64,000 nt of DNA. Source: Histomonas meleagridis 2922-C6/04-290x (taxonomy: Eukaryota; Protista; Parabasalia). The DNA lies in assembly GCA_020184695.1 (NCBI GenBank), contig JAANOX010000134.1, positions 124,001 to 188,000 on the forward strand, in the 5' to 3' direction. Position numbers and translations under genes: made by a program. The notes under the pieces were generated by a model that was given only the letters and a program-made list of their open reading frames with translations, was not told the origin of the DNA and made no database searches. Below are positions 1-10,800 of this stretch, piece after piece (position 1 is the stretch's first letter; every line of letters starts with the position of its first letter).

Positions 1-35
1 ATTGAAAATTTTTCAATTTTTTTATATACTTTTTC

Positions 36-413
36 ATGTATGTTGGCTACATCTACAGATTTAGAATGGAACTATCTCCCAGATATTGTAGAAATTTAAG
101 AATTTTGCTATTTATTCATTCGGTATTATTTTTCCCTCATATTTTGTGTGTTATCTTTTTTCCTGTTGGAGAGATCGAAACTCCTCTTTTCGTTATGTTT
201 TCGTTAAAATCTTATAGTGTTAAATTGAGAAGAAAAATAACATTTTCGTTGTTGTTCGTAAGAACTTTCTTTTTCGAAAATATTCCTGTTTTGCTTGTTG
301 TGTTTGCAATGCTTTACATGAAACCAAATGATAATATAAAAAAGAATGAAAATGAAAACGAATTAAATACAGAAGATGATTCGAATGTGTTATATAATAA
401 TCTGATAGAATAG
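36..413 (+). CDS. Possible small membrane protein, or 3' end of a gene entering from the left edge
   Basis: Hydrophobic segments followed by a polar acidic tail (MKPNDNIKKNENENELNTEDD...). No family motif, and an in-frame stop lies at 3-5. Confidence 0.3.
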   Translation: MYVGYIYRFRMELSPRYCRNLRILLFIHSVLFFPHILCVIFFPVGEIETPLFVMFSLKSYSVKLRRKITFSLLFVRTFFFENIPVLLVVFAMLYMKPNDNIKKNENENELNTEDDSNVLYNNLIE

Positions 414-939
414 TTGTGAACCAAAATTTTGCGAATAATAAATAAACATTTAGATGTTCTTGATTTATTTAAATATGGCATAAGGTTTTAGTGAGAAAAA
501 TTTTAATGTGCAATTAATTGAATGCATTCCTTTTATATCAACATTGATAAATAACATTTGCATCATTAGAGATACTGATTACTCCTCAAAAGACAGGATA
601 AACCATCAAACAAATTTGATAGTTGCTTTAATCCATTGTTTTCATGCCCTATAACGAAATAATATGAAATATCATAGAGATCTATATGATATACTTTATT
701 CTTATTAAGTTTATATATTACTTTGTATGAGTAATAAATTTATAAAAACTCGCATACAAAGCAAATATTCATCACCACATTTAAACATTTATAATATTCA
801 TTCTTATTGTAACATTTTCAATTCAGTGCAAATCCGTTTCCTTCGCATGTGTCAAGACAAATCACAAAAAGAATTCGAATTCTCAAGAAGCAAAAAAAAG
901 TATTAATGCAATTAAATTTATATTATCGTTCATATTCGC

Positions 940-3900
940 TTATGTAGCAGCCAAGTTATGGCACCAGTTATTAAACTTAGTTCTTGTTGATGCCAATGAT
1001 TGCGCAATCTTTTTATGGAATTCCGCATCAGCTTCTTCGTCTGTCTTATCCAACATTAACATGTTCTTCATGTAGTCAATGTCGCTTGGCTTTTGTAGCT
1101 CTGGGATTCCCGTGCCTAACATTAACAAAAACAACGTTATAAACAAATTCGCATTTTTCCGAAGCACATTCAATGCACGATCACAATTCTCCTCAAAAAG
1201 TTGATAACCGTTCGGCTCCATGTTGATAACGTTCATCGATGCTGGCGTGAAATGGAAAGGCGCGTTCTCGCGTTGGTAGCCGAGTTTAGTCTTAAAGTTA
1301 CCTAAGAAGTGACCAAAGTCAATGTGGAAGAAGTGTCCATCTCTTTGTATCATAATATTTCCTGGATGTCGATCTCCAATTCCTAATACGCATGTAGCAA
1401 CAGCATAACCTGCTGAAGATAACCTAAAGTTTTCGATTGATATGGGCAATGATTTCTTTGAAGTATTTTCTTTGATATATTTGATGTAGATATCATCAGA
1501 AAATGTACCTTCTTGTTGTTGTAAGGCTGCTTCAGTAATAGAATTAGGAACTATTTGAACAAAGCCTTGGTTTAAGCCTGTTGGTAATATACCATAACAG
1601 TTCATATGAAGATCAATTCCATCTTGACGCCATAAATATTCCATAACAGACATAACTTGAAGGGTAAGTTGATCTTGTCTTAAATCATCACCACATTTAA
1701 ACATAGTTTGTACTGGTTCTAAAGCATATTGACTTGCATTTTCGAACGTTAACCATAACGGCTTCTTCTTTGAATTCATAACTTTACACTTCTCAATTAT
1801 GAATGACTTCACTATCAATCTTGGGTCCATCGGCAAGTGAAATTCCTCCGGGATTTCAACTGATTTAAGACGTTGTTTAAGATGTTCAGTAGCTTCTACA
1901 TGATCCATCTGTTGCATTTCGGAGTTAATTGATACCAATGTCCTAGTAAATTGATAACCTTTAAGTAATTCATCACGATATCGCCCAATTCCATGCATAA
2001 AGTTAACCAGAATTTTTGAGAACCGTAACCGTATGTGTGACAAGTGAGCTTCACTCATTAACTGCCAAAACAACTGATGTCCCAAAAGAGTTGGCTCTGC
2101 AGAGCCTCGTGTAATAAGGAAATGTACAAGTGGTGAGTCATCGTATAGTTCATATTTAAGTGCTTGAACGAGTTGAAGTAAATATAAGCGAACTTCATCA
2201 TCACTAAGTCCTGATAATTGTTCAACTGCATAAGCTCGTACATTAGCATCTGCATATTTAGCATCTAATAATGTTAACGCATGTGTAGCATCTGGTTTTT
2301 CCCATGCTTCTAATAAAGATGGAATTTCCATAACTTGTTCTGGTACTGAATAATTAATGGATGATAATACTAATGGTAATAATTCTGGATATGTATATAT
2401 ATTACCTCGATATTTCCATAAAATTTCTCTATCTTTCGGTTCTAACTCAATTAATGGGTCAATCTTACGAAGAACATTAATCCGTTCAAAATCTGAGTCT
2501 TGGGGTACCTCGTCCGACTTTTTGAACGGTATCGGCTCTGACTTGTCAAAGATAACAGGGAAGTTATAGACTGGGAAACTGAACATAATTTGAGGTGGTG
2601 ATGGTTCATTAGATTCACATGTGGTTAAGAAGTAATCCATGTCTCGATTACTCCACATTTTCTTCATAAATTTACCAGAATTTAACCAGCCATCAAATAG
2701 AAATACAGGGAAGTTATAAGTGGCAATTGGCTTGATCTTCTTACGGCTGACTTTGTACAGAGTAAACGAGATGCGTGCAGCGCGTGGAATCGATGCAATT
2801 AATAATGGAATTGTTATGGTCTCGTTAAATAGTAACGTGGTCGTCCCATACTTCGTCTTAGTCATCTGTGGCTCAACAAGTGTTTTGGTTCCATGGATTA
2901 AGGCAACTTTTAAGGAATACTTCTTCGATTCATCAGTTGACCCAAGATTAGTACAACCTTTAATACGTATGGATAGATTCTCGTGGAGGTTTCTATGTGA
3001 GTATGATCCGATGTTTCTTAACGAATTATTATTGTTATCGGTACTATCTTCGATAACAGATTTTGTACGTTTCCTTTCGGGTGGTGGTTGGTTTGCTGGT
3101 TGTGTAGTTGCGCTTGGTTGAGTTTGTGGTGTTGGATTTGATTGAATTTGTTGCTCTTCTTTATCTTGGAATGCACTATCACTTGAGTCAAGACTTTCAT
3201 CGACTTTGAATGTCATTTCTTTGCGTTGGATAGATTCAATAACGGATTTCTTTTCGATTAAAAGTAAATTCATAATTGGTTGACCAGAAAGAATAAATTG
3301 TCTAACGCAAACAAAGTGTATAAGGATTGTTTCACCTGCTATAACTTCATCCATACCTCTAATGACAAGAACATAATCATCTGGATTGAAAATTAACGGA
3401 ACTTTTTGCCATTCTTCAGGTGAAGAGAGTGTGATTGAAAGTCGCTTCGATCCTCCTGGTTCATCTGGTTTTAATGTGTTAAGTCTCGAGAATTTTTCTG
3501 CAATCATTCGAATTGCACCATTCGCAGTTTCTTCATATGGAACTCTTACTGAAAGAGCTGTAGTTGAAGCACCGATACCACCTGACCTTAGTTCAACCTT
3601 TAAGTTGATTCCTGGGACTTGACTTCTTCCTCTTGAAGCAGCAACCGCTGCAGCCGTTGAGGAACCCTTAACCGCCGGGGCCGTTTGTTTCTCACCGGTT
3701 TGGGGCGGCTTGTCCTCAGTTTGGGGTGGCCTATCTTCGGTTGTAGACGGTTTGTCTTCGTTTTGGGGTGGTTTGTCTTCGGCTTGTGACGGCTTTTCAT
3801 CGGTCTGTATCAAATCTTCAGCGGCTGGAGGATTTTGAATGAAGTCAGTGAATCTTGACTGGCTTTGCGTTGGGGATATGTCCAAGGAGAACTCGTTCTC

Positions 3901-4947
3901 AGAAGGACTAGTAGGCGCTTCTGTTTGAGATAGAGGGATAACTGATTGAGGGGGAGGAGAGTTTGGTTGTTTGGATGCATCTGTTGCTGGGATATTTTGA
4001 GTGGCATCGGAATTCTTCCGGTTTTGAACACTGATGGGAGGATAACTTTCGGAGATACGCATACGTGCCATAAGAGGATCTTTTCGAAGCATTTCAAGTC
4101 TTTGCTTTTCAACTTGACGACGAACTTGTGAAAGAGAAACATTAAGCGAATGGGTTTCTGGTGTTGGATCGATTGTAACAAGATCAAGATCTTTGATATA
4201 TCCTGCTGATGCTGTATCAAATGGAGTTTCTCTGATATTGATCTTGAATTGGAATTGTGGAGCTTCTTGTCTATACTTTTGGGAGTAGATATATTTCATA
4301 AGTGTACGATCGTCTTTGATTGTCTTTTGTGGTGATGGAATGTAATCATCAATTGTACAGAAAACATAATCTTTGTGTGATAAGGAATCGGTTCTTCCGT
4401 AAAGTTTGTTCATTTTCTTATAGATTTTAAGGGCAACATGTCTTACTTTATCTGATGGACTAATGCGTATTTTTAAGCAGAGACTCGTTGGAAGTTTCAC
4501 TAAAACAGAATATTTTGTGGGCTTTTGTATAAACTGTGAAAGTTTTATGTTCATATTACTGAGTTGAGTCATTTCCAAAAAATCTTTAACATAGAAAACA
4601 AATAAAGTCATCCTTTGTTGTCTTGTTGTGATCAATCGGTTTGGGAAAAACAATGTTGATAGCTTTGTGGATGGAAAAGGCTTTTGAAGTTTAATAAGTG
4701 GAGTGATATTAGCATCATTATTATCTACATATAAAACTTCATACCCTGTACCAGTTGGGAGATAACGACATACAACATAATCAGTTATTTCTTCGTTTCG
4801 AATAATTTTAATTATGGTCTTCCCTTTGAAATCATCTAGCAATGGGAGAATCTTCTGTTTATTATTTGGAAGGGCAATGTCTATCCGATGTGTGTCGAGA
4901 GGAAGCCCAAATTTATCCTGTTTCGGAGATTTCAAAGAACGCAGCAT
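940..4947 (-). CDS. Class I-like phosphatidylinositol 3-kinase catalytic subunit (RBD-like, C2, helical, kinase domains)
   Basis: Kinase motifs KVMNSKKKPLW, FKCGDDLRQD, LGIGDRHPGNIMI, HIDFGHFLG and RENAPF. Helical domain LTLLDAKYADANVRAYAV. A C2-like segment precedes it. Confidence 0.95.
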   Translation of the reverse strand: MLRSLKSPKQDKFGLPLDTHRIDIALPNNKQKILPLLDDFKGKTIIKIIRNEEITDYVVCRYLPTGTGYEVLYVDNNDANITPLIKLQKPFPSTKLSTLFFPNRLITTRQQRMTLFVFYVKDFLEMTQLSNMNIKLSQFIQKPTKYSVLVKLPTSLCLKIRISPSDKVRHVALKIYKKMNKLYGRTDSLSHKDYVFCTIDDYIPSPQKTIKDDRTLMKYIYSQKYRQEAPQFQFKINIRETPFDTASAGYIKDLDLVTIDPTPETHSLNVSLSQVRRQVEKQRLEMLRKDPLMARMRISESYPPISVQNRKNSDATQNIPATDASKQPNSPPPQSVIPLSQTEAPTSPSENEFSLDISPTQSQSRFTDFIQNPPAAEDLIQTDEKPSQAEDKPPQNEDKPSTTEDRPPQTEDKPPQTGEKQTAPAVKGSSTAAAVAASRGRSQVPGINLKVELRSGGIGASTTALSVRVPYEETANGAIRMIAEKFSRLNTLKPDEPGGSKRLSITLSSPEEWQKVPLIFNPDDYVLVIRGMDEVIAGETILIHFVCVRQFILSGQPIMNLLLIEKKSVIESIQRKEMTFKVDESLDSSDSAFQDKEEQQIQSNPTPQTQPSATTQPANQPPPERKRTKSVIEDSTDNNNNSLRNIGSYSHRNLHENLSIRIKGCTNLGSTDESKKYSLKVALIHGTKTLVEPQMTKTKYGTTTLLFNETITIPLLIASIPRAARISFTLYKVSRKKIKPIATYNFPVFLFDGWLNSGKFMKKMWSNRDMDYFLTTCESNEPSPPQIMFSFPVYNFPVIFDKSEPIPFKKSDEVPQDSDFERINVLRKIDPLIELEPKDREILWKYRGNIYTYPELLPLVLSSINYSVPEQVMEIPSLLEAWEKPDATHALTLLDAKYADANVRAYAVEQLSGLSDDEVRLYLLQLVQALKYELYDDSPLVHFLITRGSAEPTLLGHQLFWQLMSEAHLSHIRLRFSKILVNFMHGIGRYRDELLKGYQFTRTLVSINSEMQQMDHVEATEHLKQRLKSVEIPEEFHLPMDPRLIVKSFIIEKCKVMNSKKKPLWLTFENASQYALEPVQTMFKCGDDLRQDQLTLQVMSVMEYLWRQDGIDLHMNCYGILPTGLNQGFVQIVPNSITEAALQQQEGTFSDDIYIKYIKENTSKKSLPISIENFRLSSAGYAVATCVLGIGDRHPGNIMIQRDGHFFHIDFGHFLGNFKTKLGYQRENAPFHFTPASMNVINMEPNGYQLFEENCDRALNVLRKNANLFITLFLLMLGTGIPELQKPSDIDYMKNMLMLDKTDEEADAEFHKKIAQSLASTRTKFNNWCHNLAAT
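3690..3807 (-). repeat. Intragenic 21-nt (7-aa) tandem repeat, EDKPPQx-like, about 5-6 copies
   Basis: Translation DEKPSQA EDKPPQN EDKPSTT EDRPPQT EDKPPQT GEKQ, in a GC-rich linker of the PI3K. Confidence 0.85.
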
Positions 4948-4960
4948 GGATAATTTGGGA

Positions 4961-4968
4961 AACCGTTA
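4961..4968 (-). promoter_or_regulatory. M3-like (Myb-site-like) core promoter motif of the PI3K gene
   Basis: TAACGGTT on the minus strand, 14-21 nt upstream of ATG 4947. It fits the Trichomonas M3 consensus as I recall it (DRCSGYTD). Confidence 0.55.
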
Positions 4969-5843
4969 AACTCATTGAATATATTTTTTTGTTGCTCAGA
5001 AAATTCAATCAAACCCCCAGGTTGAAGGATAATGGAAACCAAGAAACCAAAAGATTGGCGTTTTAGAAGGTATCTATTTCAAACTGTAAGAGTTTTGATT
5101 TCACTAGCATTTGATATTTTTGTAATTTGAACATAAAACAAAAAGGATAACAGCTGCTTCCTTATCTCCTGTTTTTAATGCCAACGTTCTCTCAATTATT
5201 TTTTTTTGAAAACAAAGTCATTTAAATTGATAATTTATGTTTCGACCGTTTATACTGTAAAAAAAGAAATATACTAATAAATAGCTCTATGTTTAATTGG
5301 ATTTATTTTCTTTAATTTTATGTGGAGTTTTATTTTATGAATTAATGATTTTTACATATAATTTGGCCGAGATAAAATAATTTTAAAAACATAAAAATCC
5401 AAAATATGCTTATGAAAAAGTCCCTTATTTTGAACTGAAATTTCGGTTTCATTCAAATAAGTAAGATTTGTCACTTCAAGTGTAAAAAGTAAACATCAGG
5501 GGTTCAGCATTTTACATATTTATTTATGAAAGAGAAGTAAAAGATGTTTCTGAATACCTCCATTGGTAAAACAATTTCGGCAAGTCACTAAGCCCATAAA
5601 ATTTTTGCTCTTCAGCCAAATTTAGCATCAACAGAGATTTGAAAACGATAGAAATTAATAAACGGACGCAGTGAAATTCACTTTAAAGTGAAAAAGTTTC
5701 CTTTGCTAAAAACAATTAAATAAAATCACTACGAATTTGCATAATAAACAAATGTTTATGCTCAAAATGTTATTGTCATTTCAAAACAGTAAATGTTTCA
5801 TAACATTTCACTCACAAAAAAATCGATTCAAGCAATTGCCTGT

Positions 5844-7349
5844 TTAATACTTAAGGTCAGAACCACCGACGAATTCTCTAATACATGAAATATGAGGCAC
5901 CACTTCCAATGACACTGGATAGAACAAGTTCAGTAGCGTCAACAATCTCTTTGCCTCCTGTGTGATATCTTTAGCCTGTTGACTTTCGGGGTCTTCATCT
6001 GGCTCTGGTATTGTTGCCTCGGACAACAAACTTTTGCCGTAGATGGACAAAACGGGTAATTCGTACACCAACGCGGAGTTGAAGAACAGTTCCGCGTTTT
6101 GTTGGTATGGGAAAATGTTTCGTTCTTCGCCCATTCGTACACTTGTCCACCTTCCAAGTGTCTTACGTGGTGAATATCCGCGATATCGATAGTCGCGAAT
6201 CATCCTACGAATCAATCGGAGATCGGAAGTTGGGAATCGATGATTATAATCAATGTTCAATGGTGTCAATGCAGAGACATAAATTGGTGTAACTAACGAA
6301 CGGCCGAATTTCTCTAAGAGGATTGGGTTAAGACCATGGATACCTTCGAGAATCAAAAAGCTCTTCGGCTTAAGTTTGATCTTCTCCTCTAAATCAACAC
6401 CTAAGCCAGAGGTAAACTCGAATTTGTGCTTTGGAATCGATTTGCCATTAAGAAGATCGTGGACACGTTCTGATAAGAGATCAACATTGATGGCAGATAT
6501 GTGCTCAAAGTCTTGGAGACCATCAGGACCGAATGGGATGTCGCAGCGGTTCTTGTAATAGTCATCCATTTCAATGACAGTTGACTCATAGCCATTGACA
6601 CGAAGAGCAATTGCTAATCGCTTGGCAAATGTGGTCTTGTTGGATGACGATGGACCGGCAATGGTTACAATACGCTTGGTTGGGAAATGGTTAACAAGAT
6701 ATTCGGCAATTTTTGATAATTTTTTGTCATGAAGTCCTTCTGCAACCCATTTGATGTCATCAATCTTACGCTTGTAAATGATTTTGTTAAGTTTGGAAAC
6801 GTCGTCGACTCCTAAAAGTTTGGCCCATTCATGATATTCATTAAACATTCCTAAAAGAACAATTGGATCTTGCCACTCACTAAGCTCGTTGGGAGATACA
6901 AGCATTGGGAAACGAATGACAAGACCTTCAGCATAAGCACGAATTTCAAAAATCTTGAGCCTTTCTTTATCAGTCGACATTGGCTCAAAAGTGTAATCGA
7001 TAGCATCACCACATTTGATGCATGGGATGAAGTCGTCTTGCCAAGTCTTTAAGATACCAATTTTATCAAAAAGATTGAGTTTTTGGAATTCTTTAAGAAG
7101 CTTTTCACGTTCCATAGATATTATCTCAATAGGTGTATCACCATTAAGGATCTCTTTGACAGCTTCGTTAAGCTTGTCAATCATTTCTTGTGTTATTTCT
7201 TCTTTTTGTGAATCAGTGCAATAATAACCATCGCCAAGACTATGTTCAACACGAAGTGAACGATGGAATAGTCGTTGGTATTGTGACCACACAAGGAACG
7301 TGAGTGTAGAATGCTCAGAATTAAGCTGTGTTCTGGATACAGAAGACAT
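5844..7349 (-). CDS. Uridine kinase / phosphoribulokinase family protein with ThrRS-like N-terminal region (bacterial-type nucleoside kinase architecture)
   Basis: IVTIAGPSSSNKTTF P-loop, IEMDDYY, LILEGIHGLNP, DLRLIRRMIRDYRYRG and LVYELPVL. Start moved to ATG 7349, downstream of the Inr at 7365-7370. Confidence 0.85.
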   Translation of the reverse strand: MSSVSRTQLNSEHSTLTFLVWSQYQRLFHRSLRVEHSLGDGYYCTDSQKEEITQEMIDKLNEAVKEILNGDTPIEIISMEREKLLKEFQKLNLFDKIGILKTWQDDFIPCIKCGDAIDYTFEPMSTDKERLKIFEIRAYAEGLVIRFPMLVSPNELSEWQDPIVLLGMFNEYHEWAKLLGVDDVSKLNKIIYKRKIDDIKWVAEGLHDKKLSKIAEYLVNHFPTKRIVTIAGPSSSNKTTFAKRLAIALRVNGYESTVIEMDDYYKNRCDIPFGPDGLQDFEHISAINVDLLSERVHDLLNGKSIPKHKFEFTSGLGVDLEEKIKLKPKSFLILEGIHGLNPILLEKFGRSLVTPIYVSALTPLNIDYNHRFPTSDLRLIRRMIRDYRYRGYSPRKTLGRWTSVRMGEERNIFPYQQNAELFFNSALVYELPVLSIYGKSLLSEATIPEPDEDPESQQAKDITQEAKRLLTLLNLFYPVSLEVVPHISCIREFVGGSDLKY

Positions 7350-7364
7350 TGCGCAACTGTTCAA

Positions 7365-7370
7365 AAGTGA
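7365..7370 (-). promoter_or_regulatory. Initiator (Inr) element TCACTT
   Basis: Matches the parabasalid Inr TCAYTW and lies about 16 nt upstream of ATG 7349. Confidence 0.65.
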
Positions 7371-7853
7371 TCACCAAATTTTGAAAGCAAAAAATTTGAA
7401 TCCGATCAAAAAGTTGTTTTTTGTGATGATAGTTTTCTTTTATCGTTTTCTTCTGGCTACTTATATCACCTCAACAGAGTTCGACACGAAAACCAGAAGA
7501 AATCAACATAAAATCATATTTTCTGACCAGAAACCAAGTACTTGGTTAATTTTGATAAAATAAATGTAATCACATTTATGACAATGATCAAATAATAACA
7601 AAACTAAAAAAATAAACTATATCATAGCTCAAAATTGAAATAACTATCTGAGGTATGATGGAATTTTCAAGGAAATTACTGAATAAGTTGAAATAAAATA
7701 TCATTTTGTGAAATTTCTTTTTCTTGCATCATATAATTTGAAAAATATGAACTTCATTTCATGTATATTGACATATTAAAGTATGAAAAATTATCGCCTG
7801 AATGTAATTTTTGTTTTTTTTTCTTTTTATAACGGAAAAATAAACGGCATTGT

Positions 7854-10800
7854 ATGGATGAAGAAAAAGAACTAATATATATCGATTGGATAAGAAATTT
7901 TTTAATTAGCAAATTCAAATTATACTCTACTGGTCATTGGGATAATGGGCAGCTAAATACTCAATTATATTTATATTTTAACTCTAATCGAAATTTAATA
8001 TTTTCACCAGGATACACTGCATTTCAGTCTCATATTTTATACTCCCTATCAGTATCTGTTATTGATCCAAGATACGATTTTCAAGCATCAAGTTTTACAT
8101 CAATTCGAAATTATCTTATACAATTTATTCCAAATTTAAACATATCTATATCTGAACTTGAAAATTCCAATTCATTAAAATCCCGTAATCTTTTTGCATC
8201 ATATATTTTACATTTTTATTTAATAATTCGGATTAGGCCGTCTTCAATTTTTCCTGATATAATTAGTAATGATTTAGCATCTTATGAAACATTATTTTAT
8301 AAATGGATTCAACAATGTATTGATCCTTCTTCTTCAATTTTAAAAGGAGATTTCATGATTGACATCGGTACAGGTCAAGCAGTTTCTGTAATTCTTTTCA
8401 AAGCTAGAAGCGATCTCATAAATTTTAGGAAAATCTCCTTTGGAACAAACTTAACTGATATTGAAATTTCGAATAATTGGAATGAAATCGAAATAGCTTT
8501 ATCTGTTTTTGGTATTAGAAAGCCAACTGTTCAAGAACTGCATAACTTATTATGTCTTTTATGTTTTACATCTGATTTGTACATTGCCGTTTCTCCATTT
8601 TTTGGCAATCAAAAACCTATAAAACGTACTCCAATGGAATACCCAACTCAATATCATCAATATATTCCAACTACTTCTCGACTTCGTAACATTGATATGT
8701 TAATTCAAAGAATCAATCAGCTCACTATTCCATTAATTACTCCACAACAAAACAATCCAATTCAAAATCAGCCAATTCCAGAGCCAAATAATAATCAAAA
8801 TCAACCATTTACATCACCAGAATTTGAAACAGAGCTAAAAATAATTAAAAATGAACAAAAAGCAAATGAAGAAGAAACAAAAGAAAATGATTCAACTGAT
8901 GAAGCATATCAAATACCAAAAAGGATTTTATTAATGCAGAAACGAAACATGCGAAAAAAACAAAAACGAATTTTACCTTCAGAAGAAAGAAAACTTTTTG
9001 AAAAAGTTCATTTATTGATGCAAAATAATAATAATCAACAAAATGAAGAAAAAACAAAAACAAAAAAAGAGAAAATAGAATCTAAAGAGGGAGAAATGTT
9101 TGCTAATTATAACCTCGCAGATAGAATAAAGAACAGAAAATTGATAATGGAAAAGGAGAAAGAAGCAGCAAAATTAAAAAAACAAGCAGAACAAAACATA
9201 AAAAACTTAAACAATGAGAAGTCAAACAAAAAAGTAAATGAAAATAAAATAAAAATTCAACTAAGTGAACCTGTTTCGATTGAAGAAAGTGAAAATTTGG
9301 AACATAAAAAAAGAACAAACAAAAAAAATCATAAAAAAATTGTCGAAAATGAGGAACCATCGAAATATCCGAAGCAAACACTAAATGGAAGTTATTTTGA
9401 TGAATATATGAAACGTAAAAATTTAATTGAAAACAAGAAACAAAATCAAAATAAAACTAAGGAAAATAATATTCATTCAACAAAAAAAGAAATTCATTTC
9501 CAAATATCACCACCAATTGCATTTGGTACTCCAATAATTCGAAAATCGAAAATTCCAATTTTAGGAAAGCAACAAAAACAAAATCATAGTAATATTTCAT
9601 TTAAAGAAGAAGAAGAAATCATTGAAAATGATAATCAAAATAAACCAAATTATACTATTTCGATATTACCAAGTTATTCATTTAATGGTGAAAAAGATTT
9701 AAGTGACTCAATTCGAAGCGATGAGGAATATGAATTGTTACGAAAATTACTTCAAAAGATTAAAAAGAAAAGAAAAAAGCGAAAAAACATCAACAAAATG
9801 GAAAGTGATAGTGATGAAATACTAAAAAGTGATTCAAATGTTGTTTTCCCAGAAGAAGAAAATGAAGAAGAAGATACATATCAATCATCACTTGAGCCAC
9901 CTGAAATAGTTCAGCAACCGGAACAAAAGGAATTTCCACAAAAGAAATTTGATTTTAATATTAAATCAATTGATTCATTCATTGAAACAGAAAAAAGAGT
10001 AATGAATTCAAATAGTAATATGACATCAAGTAACAATTATCAAAAGAATATTATTCCAAAAAGAAATGGATATGATGGATTTACGAAAATTAATCTTAAT
10101 AGAAAGATAATAGAAGTTGAAAAGCAGAAAAAAGAAATTTCTTCATCTTCATCTGATTCAAGTATGTTAGACGAAGATCCTTTGGTTACGCTAAATATAA
10201 ATTATCAAAATGACGACTTCGATACAATTAGTGAAGAAAGCGAATATTCAAATGATGAAATTAACCAAAAAGAAATAAGAAGAAATAAACTTTATGAAAA
10301 TGAAAACAAGCAAAATACAAATGATTTTGATATAATTGATCAAAATGAAATAAGAAGAAATAAATTTTATGAAAATAAAAACAAGCAAAATGCAAATGAT
10401 AATTATATAATTTATAGTGAAAAAAATGAAATAAGAAGAAATAAATTTTATAAAAACGATGTTAAATCGGAAATTAAATCAAATCAATATATGATTCATA
10501 AAGAAAACTTTCAAAATATTGACGAGGAGGAGCAAAGTTCAAATAATTATGAGGAAGATGCAAACGAAAATGAAAAATATACAAAAAATTCAAGTGATTA
10601 TGAAGAAGAAGTAAAGCAACAATACAATAAGAATAGATTCGATTCATATGAAAATATACAATATCCAAAAGATGAGACCAAAAGTAAAAAATCTTCCAAA
10701 AGTATTTCAAATACGATTGATATTAATAAGGAAATAATTATAAGAAAACATAAATCAAATAAAAATATTTCTGATTCAGATTATTTCATTAAAGAAATAA

